Made by a program: the position numbers and the translations under genes | Shown here: positions 12,971-25,621 of the stretch, one piece after another | Position numbering within the stretch: position 1 is the first letter of the stretch | Layout of the letters: every line of letters begins with the position of its first letter | Source of the DNA: Camelus ferus | Taxonomy: Eukaryota | Direction: 5' to 3' | Assembly: GCF_009834535.1 (NCBI RefSeq) | Contig: NC_045696.1 | Span: 61,878,001-61,942,000, forward strand | Length of the DNA: 64,000 nt | Notes under the pieces: generated by a model | What the model was told of the DNA's origin: nothing | Databases searched by the model: none | What the model saw: only the letters and a program-made list of their open reading frames with translations

Positions 12971-14059
12971 GGTTATTCTGTCATCACCATCACAGTTAAT
13001 GATACAAGCGCCATTTGCGTGCTCTGACCACTGGGTGGCACTGCAGATTCGGTTCTGTGACTGTTTTGGTCTCAAAGGCAAATCATGTTTGAACCTTTTA
13101 ACAGTGTCATTTTTTGAAGGTCAAAATTAGTTGATTGTCAATAGGTTTATATAGTTCTACCTACATTTTGCAGTGCCACCTGTCTAGGGCTTTTCTTTTG
13201 GCTTTGTCTCAGCAAACCCTGCCCCATTCCAGGGACTCACCAGCTGAAGCCTTTAGGAAGCCTGGGCTGTGTCTACGATGGGGCCAGCCTGAGGCTGCTG
13301 CAGTACACTCAGGGCACAGCCAGGAGTCACCACTAGAGACTCGGGGGCAAGGGCCCATCCATACTGGGATGAGAGAGCTAGAAGGACAGTATCAGAGTTA
13401 AGGACAGAGCCAGAAACACAGAGAAACAGTAGGCTGGTGATCACAGGAATTTGATTTGTGGAAGCAGAGGTCTCCCATTTTCCTAGAGAACAGATTTCCC
13501 TGCTGAGCCCGGAAAACCACTTCCTAAGAAACTCAAAGTACACACCAAGCCCAGGTGACCCTGATCTCTGTTCCTTGCTTCCTGTTCCCTCACTCCCTCA
13601 CGAGGCGTGCTGGCCTTGGGCCCCCAGCATTGTGAAAGAAGTTGAGAAACAGATCTCAGATCATTAACAGAATTGACTGGTGACCCTAAGAGGTAGGATT
13701 GACTCATGTGAAGGCTGGGTGGGGCTCTGGGCCCCACAGCTCCCTGAGCCCGGGGATGGTCCTCAGGCAAAGAACCCACCTTGTCCACTTAAATCTAAGC
13801 AAAGCTTCATATTTGTTTTGGCTGGCAGAGATTCACTTTGGGCCATTTTCTGTTCCTCTCTAGCCAAAGGGGCCCTGGTTTTTCATATATAGATCAACTT
13901 GGATCTATTAGAGGAATAGGAGAACTTGATGAGTAGCTTTTTCACATTTGTACATCTAATTTTTTCAAAGACAAGGGTTCAGATAAGAAAGTTTTTGTGT
14001 GTGTACGAAGAATTCAAGTAATTTTCTAAAAATGGCTATCTTCTGGAAATAGAATCATT

Positions 14060-16500
14060 TAATATTAGGAAATCTATCAATATAATTTACCATATTAATA
14101 GATCAAAAGATAATTATATGATTACTTCTAAAAAGGCTGAAAAATTCAACAGTTTAATCTTGGTAGGAATAGGTATAGACTTCCTTAACATGATAAAATA
14201 TATTTATCTCAATATCAAAGGCAGCATCGTGCTTAATAGGGACAAGCTCTCTCCAACTCACAGTCAGGAATATTGACACAACATTGTAAACTGACTATAA
14301 TGCAATTAAAAAAAAGTTTTAATGGTGTAAATATGACATCAAAAAAAAAGTCAGGAACAAGAAAGATTTATCCATTTTTGCAGCTATTTAACATTTTTCT
14401 GAAAGTAGTGTCCATTTTTCTAGATGTGATTTGACAAGAGTAGAACATAGAGGTATGGAAGTCAGAAAGGAAGAAAAATTATTTCTAGGTGACATAATTT
14501 TATACCTGGAAAACCCAAAAGATTTGACTCAAAATGGACTAACCACCAAATGCTGGTGAGGATGTGGAGCAACAGGAACTCTCATTCATTGTTCATGGGA
14601 ATGCAAAATAGCACAGCTACTTTGGAAGATAGTTTAGTGGTTCCTTAAAAAGCTAAACATATTCTTACTATATAATCCAGCAACTGTATCCCTTAGTGTT
14701 TACCCACATGGGTTGAAAACTTATGTCCACACAAAAACCTGCACACAAATGTTAATAGAAACTTTGTTCATAATTGCCAAAATGTGGTAGCCACCAAGAT
14801 GCCCTTCAGTAGGTGAATGGATAAATAAACTGTTGTAAAGACAGACAATGGACTATTATTCAGCGCTAAAAAGAAATGAGCTATCAAACCACAAAAAGAC
14901 TTGGAGGACACTTAGATGCATATTTCTAAGTGAAAGAAGCCAATCTAAAAGTTTACATACGGTAGCCAACTGTATGGTGATCCCAACTGCATAATATTCT
15001 GGAAAAGGCAAACTACAGAGATGGTAAATAGATCAGTGATTGCCAGGGGTTCATGAGGTGGGAGGGATGAACAGGTGGAGTACAGGAAACTATTCTGTAT
15101 GTTACTACAGTGATGGAGACATGTCATTATGCATTTGTCAAAACACACAGCATGTGCAAAACAGAGAGTGAACTCTAATGTAAACTATGGATTTTGTTTG
15201 GTAATATGTCAATGTTGGTTCACTGATAGTAATAAATGTACCACTGTGATGTAGACCACTAATGGTGAGGGAGCTTGAGTATGTGGTGGGGGGAGGGAAA
15301 GAGCAGGGGGTATGTGGGGACACTTTATATTTTCCATTTAATTTTGCTGTGAGCTTAAAACTGCTTTAAAATAGCCTATTAATTAAAAAGAACGTATTAC
15401 AAACAGCAAAATAATAGAGTAAGATTTCTGATTTAAAATTAATATTCAGAAACTATAGATTTCACACAAACAACAACTACTTAGAAAAACTAATGGAAAA
15501 AATAATCTGTTTACGATAAAACACAAAATGAAATAACAAGGAATAAATTTAATGAGGTTTATGTAATATATGTATTAATAAAACTTTAAAATTCTACTAA
15601 GGGATACAAAAGATGATCTGAACAAATGCCACATTTTTAGAAAGTCCATTTACTCTAGGTTGTATACATTTAATGAGACTCCAATAAAAATACCAACAGG
15701 TTAAATATTATAAATCAATGTTACCTCAATTAAAAAAAAATACCAACAAGATTGTTTTTTAACCAAACAAGTAGAAATATCTAGGACAAAATGAGAGGGG
15801 ACCAGACTTATCAGCGATTAAAGTGTCTTATCTTATCATGCTATTATAATTAAACTAGCACTGGCACAGGGAGAGACAGAAGAATGGAACAGAATAGAAA
15901 GTACAGGAATAGATTCAAATATCAGAGAACTTAGGATATGATAAAGTCAAAACTCCAAATCAGTGGTAGAAAACTATTCAGTATAAAACTGCTAGGCAAA
16001 CAGGGTAGTCACTGGGAAAAAAATAAGACTTTTATCAATACTTCATCCTTCACAGCAAGAGCATCTGAGATGGACAAATATGAAAATATTTTAAAAATGA
16101 AACCACAAAATACTGAGGAAACAATAGAAGAATTAAAAAATAGTTTTGCTGATGAGAAAGCACTTCTAAATATGGCTTTAAACACTCAGAAGCCTTAAAA
16201 AAAAAAAAAGGAGAAAATGAAAGTAAACAAATTCTCTGGGGCAAAAGATACCATAATCACAGACAAATAAAAAAATTAGGAAAGAATAACTATAACATGT
16301 CAACAGATACATACTAAAAGACATATAAACTAAAACTCACTGAGATACCATTTTTACCCATTTATTTAGGAAATTATAGAGTCTGGTGACAGATTACTAG
16401 AGATTTACACCATTAAATTATTAAAGAGATGGAGAAATGGGTATTTTCTTGTGTTGCTGGTGGCCATGTAAACTGGCACAACCTCTGAGGGTGGTAATAT
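14060..16500 (+). mobile_element. Cluster of degenerate L1 fragments (ORF2 pieces and a 3' end near 14540-15390)
   Basis: aaatgctggtgaggatgtggagcaacaggaactctcattc, aaaacttatgtccacacaaaaacctgcaca, tgtcaaaacacacag...tgtaaactatgg. Confidence 0.8.
14271..14349 (+). mobile_element. Very short 5'-truncated young L1 3' end with two poly(A) tracts
   Basis: ttgacacaacattgtaaactgactata..caatt+A8, then 25 nt, then A9; flanked by the direct repeat agtcaggaa. Confidence 0.7.
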
Positions 16501-16519
16501 CTATACAAATTACTATTAT

Positions 16520-18240
16520 TTTTAAAGACAGTGGTTGTTTGGTTTATATATATAATTTCCATTTTCTTACTCAGCATTCCTTCCTTCATCTTACAGCTTA
16601 ATCTGCTCTTGTGAGGTCATTTTTTCACTCTATAGTGTAGGTTTCTTGATGGTAAACTCGATTTTTACCACCCTCAATCTTGGAAGATAATTTCACAGGG
16701 TTCATAATTCTAGGCTGATCTTTTTTTTTTCTATCGGCATTTGCAAGATTGTATTCACGAACTTCTGACTTCTGTCATTACTGCTGAGGAGTTCATTGTC
16801 TTTCTAATTGCGGATTCTTTGTCCTTTCTCTCTGGCATCTTTAAAGTCTTATCTTTGTCTTTTGTGTCTTCAGTTTTACTGAGCTGTGTCTAAATATGGA
16901 TTTATTTTTACTTATCCTGCTAAGTATGCATTTTTGTTCCTGGCCCTCTGATACCATGTTTTTTACTAGTTCTAAAAATTTCACAGCCATTATCCCTTTA
17001 AGTACTTTCTTTCCTTCATTCTCTCTATTCTCCATTTTTGAGGATCTGATTATATACACATGCTTATATTAGAGCTTTTTATCCTAACCTCTGTATCTGT
17101 CAATTAGTGCTTCCTTTAGGGTCTCCCTTTACTTATCTCTCAGTGTTGCACCTTTGGTAGTTTATTAACTTCCAATTCCCTTATCTGTGCCTAATTGATA
17201 CTTTAAGAATTATATTTTTCATTTCAAAAAAATATTAACTTCATACATCTCTGATTGCTTTATTATTTCTCATTTCTGTGGCTGCTTTATTATTTCTTTA
17301 TGCTTTTCATATATAGCTGTACTTTTAAAACTTCTATTTAGAAATAATTTTAGATTTGCAGAAGAATTGTAAAGATAGCCCAGGTGGCACAGCTTCCCTT
17401 CATGTTAACATCTTAGATAACCTTGGTACATTCACTAAAACTAAGAAATTAACATTGGTATGACACTATTAACTAACCTGCAGACTTTATTCAGATTTCA
17501 CGTTTTTCCACTAATGCACCCTTTGTGTTCCAGGATCCCATAAGGACAGTGTGATGTACTTAGTCATCATTACACCTTAGATTTCTACAATTTGCCGTTG
17601 TATCTGTCTTTGCTTGTTTCTCATGACCTTAAGTTTTGAAGAACACTGGTCAGGAATTTCATAGAACCTCTCTCAGTTTGGGTTTGTCTGATATCTCTCA
17701 TGATTAGACTGGGATCGTGGATGTGGGGGGAGAATGCCAGAGGGTACATTTGCACAATCTTCTGATTCCTCATCAAATCGTATAGGACTGGTATCAATGT
17801 GATTTATTACTGGTAACATTAATCTTGTTCATTTGGTCAGCGTGGTGTCTGTCAGGCTTCTCTCCTGTAATATTACTGTTTTTCTCTTTCCATTTCTATT
17901 CTTGAGAAGCCAGTCACTAAGTCTAGCCCATCTCAAGGGGAGAGGAGTTAAACTCCTTATCCCTGAGGGAGGAGTATCCAAGAAAACTGTTAAAACCAGT
18001 GCAGTAATTAACAATATTTCAGAAGAAATACTTTGAATCTATGCAAATATTCTGCTGCTTCTTACAGTTTTCACTAATTTTAGCATTTACTTGTTGGTCT
18101 TACCTGCGGGAATGACTATGCAGTATTCTAATGGTGATTTTCTATTTCACTCATTCCTTCTGCATTTATTATTTAAATTCTCCTGTAAGGGAGATTTATC
18201 CCTTTCCTCCCATTTATTTATTCAGTCATTCACAGATACG
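16520..18240 (-). mobile_element. Old L1 (L1M-type) fragments, antisense
   Basis: aataattttagatttgcagaagaattgtaaagatag...aaactaagaaattaacattggta...ctgcagactttattcagatttcac. Confidence 0.7.
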
Positions 18241-19739
18241 TATTTTATATGGTTAAAAAAACACTTTCAAACTGGCAGAAGAAAATTGGACTATTTAGTT
18301 GAAGGCAGGAAAGGAAAAAGCAACAATAAGATGTATGGTAAATAGAATATATAAAATAAGCCAGAGATAAGTCCTAATATAACAGTATTAATAATAATTA
18401 TAAATAAAATGTCACTAATTATACACAAGGGCAGTAGAAATCTAGACAGAAACTCTTAGTGTTGATACCGCAAATGTAAGGGATACGCTTGAAAATAAAA
18501 TGATATAGACTGAAAAGAAACAGAAAAAAAGATGTACCAGGTAAATATGAACCAAAGAATGCAGAGTAAAAATATTAATAACCAACAAAACATAACTAAG
18601 GTAAAAACAATCATATTATCAAACATATGGTAAAATGACCATGAACAGATGCATCTAACAGTAGCCTTAAAATACATAAAGCAACAACCGACAGACCTGC
18701 AGGAAGAAACAGCTCAACAACTGTAGTTGGAGATTTTAATGAAGCCATTGCCTTAGGAAGAGAGAGTTTAAAAAAAAGAAGGAGAAACCCTCAAAAAGCA
18801 AAGATACAGATGATTTGATTGACTCACTTAACCAGCTTAAGAGTGAAGGTGTATCAAGAGATGGAGGCACCTAGCTGGCCATCTCCCAGAGGCGAAAGCT
18901 GGGGCGGCATCCTCTATGAGTTAGAAGTGTATGATGGAAGCTGGATTAGTTTTTAAAACATGGCGTTAAGCGGTAGATAAAGTGAGAAGGCGAATGAGAT
19001 TTATTAGCACAGGACGATGTATAGTTAAAGACACGTACCCATGAAAACACACTCGCTTTACACAAAAGTAAGGATACACATCAAACACAGTAGAATGGAT
19101 GACCATGGTGGGGTTGGGGAGAAATGGGGGCAGGAATTGGGCCCAGAGATAAAAGGGGATAGTAAATAAATAAAACAAGAGAAGGACCTTGTAGGTTGAT
19201 AATGATGATAAACTCTGAATTGAGGTGGATGATAAACTCAGTCCTGAAGTACCAACTTCTGGATACAAACCTGATTGCAATCTTTACTATCAGCAGAAAG
19301 GTCTGAGACTGTGCTGAGTGACCCGAGCTGTCATGGGATCTGTGGGTAGCAAATTCTCCCGAGAAAATCTCAAGTGACTGGGAGCCCAAAGGCTGCTCTG
19401 GAGGCGGGCACTGCCCATTCCCAGTTCCAGGCCCTGGGTCAGCTGCCCTCCCAGCCCAGGCAAAACCCCGTCAAACCTGACATCCCTGAGCTGAGCCATC
19501 CAGAAACTGGCTCAGTTCAACCCGAGTTTCTAGCCTTCTCGAGGTTTGAATTCTTGAGACCACAAGTTCTCCAGGCCAGGTTCCAGGCTGGCTGAAAGTT
19601 CTCCCGTTCCCACAGGAATGTCTGGATGGGGAGGAAGTCTTGCCCCAGGATGGGCTGTGAGAAATCTCAAAGAGAAATAGTCCCAATGACAACCTTCAGA
19701 GCATCAAAAAGAGGAGTTTCAAAAAAAAATCTTACGTTG

Positions 19740-20585
19740 TCTAAGGACTTGGATAGATATTTCTCTAAAGAAGATATATCAATGGCCAGTAAACACATGA
19801 AAAGATGCTCAGCATCACTAATCATTAGGGAAATGCAAACCAAAACCACAATGAGATACCTGTTCACATCCATTAGGATGGCTGTTACAAAAAAGAAAAA
19901 TAAAATGAATGCTGGAGAGGATATGGAGAAATCAGAACCCTTGTGCATTGTTGGTGGGAATGTAAAATGGTGCAGCCTCTGTGGAAAACAATATGGCAAT
20001 TCCTTAAAAAATTAAACATGAAGTTACCATGTGATCGAGCAATTCCATTTCTGGGTATATACACAAAAGAATCGAAAGCAGCAACTCGAGAAGTTAGTTG
20101 TGCACATAGCATTAAAAAGATGGAAGCAACCCAAGTGTCCATCAACAGATGAATATATAAACAAAATGTGGTATAGACATATGACGGAATATTATTTAGC
20201 CTTAAAAAGGAATGAAATTCTGACATACACAACATGAATGAATCTTGAAATATTATTCTAAGTGAAATATGAAATAAGCCAGTCACAAAAAATGACAATG
20301 ATTCCACTTATATGAGATATCTAAAGTAGTCAAATTCATAGAGACAGAAAGTAGAATGGTTGTTGCCAGGGTCTGGGGGCAGGGGTTGGGGAGGAATGAG
20401 CGGTTAGTGTGTAATGTGTACAGAGTTTCAGTTGGGGATGATAAAAAAGTTCTGGAGACGGATGGATGGTAGTGATGGTTGCAGAACAATGTGAATGCAC
20501 TTATTGCCAGAGAACTATACACTTAAAGCTGGTTAAAACGGTAAATGTTTATGTTATGTATATTTTACCACAATTAAAAAAATGC
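19740..20585 (+). mobile_element. L1 3' end (ORF2 C-terminus and 3'UTR, L1MB-like)
   Basis: Translates as [39 protein letters not shown], an L1 ORF2 C-terminal motif; ends accacaattaaaaaaa. Confidence 0.9.
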
Positions 20586-22181
20586 ATAAAGTTGCCTAAG
20601 AGGAGGCTCTGCAAAGAAGCTGCATTTCAATTAAAGCAACCTCCACCCCACCTCTTGCAGGGTTCTTCTCAGTCTCAGAAGAAACTCAAGGTTAGGGTGG
20701 GGAGGGAGGAAGCCTGGTGTTTTAAAAAGTTCTTTAGACTTTGAAGGGAACAGAAATAGGAAGAGAAGAGTTAAGGACTTCAAAAGGTTGGAGTCCTAAG
20801 TCATCTCTGGGTGAGGACATTTCCCGTCATTCTCTCCTGAGCGGGAACCAGCACCTGGGTCCTTTTGCAGGAGGAAAGGTCTGGAAACAGGTGTACAGGC
20901 TGACATGGGTGTACACACATCCATCACGCACAAATGAATACATGCACATGCACTCACACAGGGTTGGTGTCTCTTACTGAAAAGGTAAGTTAATTAAACC
21001 ATCCCCCAAGCCTTAGTAGCTGGGGCAGGTGGCCCTTGTCAGTCTGCATGTCCCTCCTCCCTAGTCAAACCCACTCTTTGCTGTGGGACCAGAGACCCCT
21101 CAGCCAGGAGGGCTGATAGCACAGATCTGCAGGCAGAAACTGCTCTCAGCTCTTGGAAGCCCTTCAAAAGGAGGGACTTCATGCCCTGACTGAGGCTCAG
21201 CTGAGCAACCAGTGGCTGACAAGCTTATCAAATTCAAAGATAAACTCAGTCCCCAACTTGTCTTTAACCTGAGCAGGGCCAGCACTTCTGTTATCAGTGT
21301 GGAGCCCATGCTCCCACAAACGCTGACCCAGGCCTCCCGCCCTGGCTTGGGGGCCCGCCTGACCAGGGCCCTGAGATGATCGCGGAGATCTGGAGCACAG
21401 GAGATAAGGGCAATTGCACCTGGACTTTGGCTAGGGTGTCCTGGAGGATGCAGGCAGGCTGCCCATCCCGAGTGGAGGCAGGCGTGCCGACTTGCCACCA
21501 CCACACGCCAGGGCTGGCTCTGCCTGAGTTCAAACCCCGGTGAATCCCTTGATTTTCATCACCTCACTTGACCATCCTATAGAATAGGAGTGATACAAAG
21601 AGCTCCCCAGTGGGGGTGTCGGGAGGGAGAGATGGAATGACCATGAATGTGGTGATCGACAGTACAAAAGGCAATATCTTTGGAAAATGCCACTGTCTAT
21701 TTGCTTCCTTTCCAGCCCACAACGGGTGAAGCTAATTTTGAGAAACCAGCAGCCAATACCCTAGGACAGCTGGAGCTGAGAGGGTAAAAAGGAGGTGGAG
21801 GAAGAGAAACAAATGTGAGGAAACTGGGGTGTGAGCACACCCCAGGGGCACTAAGTCTGGGGCTCAGAGCCCTGGCATTGGGAGAGCCAGCTGCCTCTCT
21901 CTCCCAGATGTGCCAAAGCTGTGGAGAGAATGCCTCTGAGCCAGTCCAGTCTATCTGCAGGTCAGACCTGTCTGTGTTTGCTCCTTTGCCTCTTCAATGA
22001 GGGAAGTTAAGTGAAGGCTCAGAGCACATCTCAGGGCTGGGGGAGTGCTGCCCAGGTGGTCTGATCCGGGTCGACATCTCATTCAAACATCATCTGTCTC
22101 AATAGTTTAGCACTGGTGAGGGTTGGGTGGAGAGACTGAGCCCTTCTCAGCCCATCTCTAACCAACAGAATAGCAGCAAAC

Positions 22182-22490
22182 TGTCTTGGGTTGAACTGTG
22201 TCCTCTCAAATTCATATGTTGAAGTCCTAACCTCAGAATGTGACCTTATTTGAATATTAGTTAAGATGAGGTCATTGAGAAAGGCCTGAATCCATGTAGC
22301 TGATGTCACATATAAAAAGTGGACATAGAGACACATGCACACGTGGAGAATGGCATATGAAAGTACCGGCAGAGATTGGGGTGAAACAAGTCAAGGAACC
22401 AACGCTGCTGACATCCTGATCTTGGACTTCTAGCATCCAAAACTGAGACAATAGATTTCTGTTGTTTAAGCTGTCCAGCAAACTATACAC
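22182..22490 (+). mobile_element. MaLR MLT1-type LTR
   Basis: gggttgaactgtgtcc...aaattcatatgttgaagtcctaacctcagaatgtgaccttatttg...ttggacttctagcatccaaaactgagacaatagatttctgttgtttaagc. Confidence 0.8.
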
Positions 22491-23544
22491 ACACTCTAGG
22501 AAAGGGGTCAGCCTCAGGACCAGGGATAGGGACTGGCCAGCCCTGACGCCAACAATAATGCTTTCTTTATCGGCTCCACAGTTTGGGAGTTGCTAAGGAG
22601 GACAAGGCCACTTGGGGTTCTGGAACTCTCTGGGGAGCAGCCCACTTCCAGAATGTAAAACTACCATTTTCTCTTGTTTGTTCATTCATTCATTCAGCAA
22701 ACACCTTGTTGTTCTCAGCTATGTTCTGGTGAAGCCTGGCCGTGGGAATGCAGTGGGCTGAGGGCAGGCTCAGTCTCCGCCCTTAAAGAACCAGGGGCAG
22801 GGGGAGGTCGACCTTTCCAAACACAGGCCGTTAATTGAGTGGGACAGAGAAGAGCCTGGGAGAACACAGCAAGGGGACCCCTGGTCTGTAACTCCCTGTC
22901 AGACTCCCCCATGCAGCTGCCAGGCCTTGGGGCACACAGATCTGGGGTCCCAGGACAGCCTGTCACAGGTGGAGAGCCCCCCACCCCGGGAGGAAACACA
23001 CTATTTCTGAGGAATGTGGGGTGGCTGGCTGTCCAAGGTCAATTTCTACTGGGGCTGGTGATGCTGCAGAACACAGCCAGCACTTGTGGTTTGCAATGTG
23101 TATTATAATTGCTTTTCCCCCTCTTTGAAGGTTCTCTCAAAGAGACCTGCTGGAGCAATTCAAGGGTGATAATGGGGATGACCTGTTGGTTACCACTGTG
23201 TAAACTGAGCCTCACAGAGTCCTAGGACTGGAGCTCTGTGGGGATCATGAGGCTGAAGCCTAGGGCACCTGCCTGGTGTCAGCACCAGCCGCTCTGCACA
23301 GACTTGAGCTGTGAGCAGGGGTGGGGCATGGACTCCCCCAGCCAGGCTCAGAGCAGGGAGCCTGCAGGGCTACCCAGACCCCAGGCAGGCTCAGCCTCCT
23401 AAGCGGGCTGTCAGTCTGCAGACCAGTAGGCAGTCTGCGGAGGTCAAGTTCACCACGTTCCCCTCTTACCCCCCCAGAAATATTCAAAAAATGCACGTTA
23501 TCCACAGGCTACTGGGCAAGTGTCCCATTTGTCAGTATGGGCTT

Positions 23545-23760
23545 ATCATGTAGTGGCTCTTGGGGTCAAACTGCCTGGGCTCAAATCCTGGCTTATTAGC
23601 TGAGTGACCTTAGGCAAGTTACTTATCACCAGGCCTCAGGCTCTTCCTCTGTAAAATGTGGCTGTAATACCAATACCTGCTTTTGAGGATTGTTTTCAGA
23701 GATAAGTGATAAAATTTAGTGTCTGGTACAATGCCCAGCACAGAACGTACACCCTTTAAG
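23545..23760 (+). mobile_element. MIR SINE
   Basis: ctgcctgggctcaaatcctggc...tgaccttaggcaagttactta...ctgtaaaatg. Confidence 0.7.
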
Positions 23761-23877
23761 CATTAGACATTCATGTCAGTATCGAGATTCAGATGTGGGC
23801 TTTGGCCATCATTTGGATTTGACTTCAACTTCTTTATTTTCTGGCTGTGTGGTCTCAGGCAAGTTTCTTCCCCTCTT

Positions 23878-24490
23878 TGTAGTGGAGCCTTTGGTCCGCT
23901 GCTCAGAGCCCCTTCAGGACTGAGGCTCTCATTCCCCCTCTGGTGAGAGTGTTGGTGGTTGATTGGTCCCAGATGGGTTTCTCTCTGGGACTTGCCCTCA
24001 GCTGAAGAGAGCCACTCTGCTCAAGGTCACGTATGCCCCCGCCCATCCGTCAAACCTGCATCCGCTGGAGGGTTGAGGTAGGAGTAAAAAGGCCAGAACC
24101 TCCTGCTGCAAGATGGGATAACCGTGAAGGGACATCAGAGCTCCCTGTAGGATCACCTGGGGTCTCCCTTGCTACAGCACTGCATTTCAACTCCTCTCTG
24201 CCCTTTCCAAGAATCCTTACCTCCTTGTGGGTGCTGTGCCTGAGAGTACCCCCGAACAAATCTGTACACACATCTGTCTCAGAGCATGTTTTCTGGAGAA
24301 CCTAACCTGTGACAGTGGTGCCAGGAGAGATCCTAGGAACAGACTTCAAAATGGGGTTTGGGTGCCGGATCACCTGTGGTCCAGTGGGCAATGAAGATCT
24401 CAGGCACATAGTCATGGTATGATTGTTAAAACTTTCCCAGGTGGTGAACTGGGTTGGGATTCTGGTGGAAGGGAATGCACTGGTGCGTGC
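23878..24490 (+). mobile_element. ERVL LTR16-like LTR followed by the start of the internal sequence
   Basis: Starts tgtagtgga; ends tctcagagcatgttttctggagaacctaacctgtgaca; then gtggtgccagga (PBS-like). Confidence 0.7.
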
Positions 24491-25577
24491 TAGTTTCTGT
24501 GCACTGTGTTCTGTTACCCCAGAGCTGGGAACCAGACTGAGTTTTAGCCTGGAGCTATAATCCCATCAGCAGGAAGTCCTGCCCTCGTAGGTCTTGGTTT
24601 CCTGAAAGATGAGGGGGTGGGGTGCACCCATTGGCCAAGCTGATTCATTGAGGTCCCTTCCAGCTTTAGCATCTTCTGTGAGCCATGAATTAGTGAGGGA
24701 GGTAGGGGCCGAATCGGATGGAACTGCCCTGGAGCCAAGAGTGTGGATAAGCAAGGGGGTGGTGGGTGGAGGGGCCTGGAGGGGATTTTCTGTGTCCTCA
24801 CCTTGCCTGAAGCAGCCTGTTTTATCCTGGGCTCGGGCCTCTGGCTCAAGTCCTTCCCTTCCTCCCCCCACCATCCCCCAGGCTGGTGGGTTCTAGTGCT
24901 GGGGCACCTGCAGCTGTCCCCACTGAGCTTGGCTTCTTCCCTCAGGATGAGCTTGTCCTCATAGATTTCTCTTTCTTCCTCTCACATCTGCCCACAACCT
25001 GGCAGGAAGAGGTGGGCTCAGGACCACTCCGTTGCAGAAGTCAGAGGTCAGAACCGCAGGCATGGGTCCCTGGTCCAGGGGGCCTTAAGTTTGAGAGCCT
25101 GGACTGGCCTGGGCAGGCAGGGCCTCACTCCATCCCCTCCAAAAGACCATATGGGCCCTTGACCCACTCTTATTGTCTCCCTACCAGCCCATGAGGCAGA
25201 CACTCAGGAAGAAATGGAGGCTCTGAAGGGCTCACTGGCTTCTTGAAGGTCCCACAGGTCGTGGTAGAGCCACATCCACATCCAGCACAGAGTAGCTCCA
25301 ACCCTGGTCCTCCTGCCGCCCTGCTCTGCTCGTCGCTGCGGCTGACTCAGAATTGCTTGGCAGGTGTGAGATATTGGGACTGTGATCAGGACATTGGAAG
25401 GTTTTGTATTATTTTTTTGTTTGCTTGTTTATTTATTCATTCAAAATGAACACGATTAGTTACTTAAAATGCTTTAAAATCCAAAATGTAGAATTTAAAG
25501 AACAAAGTAAAAATTACCCTTAAATTCCACCAACTGGAGATAGTTACTGTTACCAGTTTGGTGAACAGATTTCCAGA

Positions 25578-25580
<3 letters not shown>

Positions 25581-25619
<39 letters not shown>
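25581..25619 (+). repeat. (GT)n microsatellite
   Basis: Perfect GT run of about 19 units. Confidence 0.95.

Positions 25620-25621
<2 letters not shown>

Noticed and set aside
19626..20307. ORFs with protein-like sequence
   Set aside because: These are decayed L1 ORF2 C-terminal fragments and their antisense frames.
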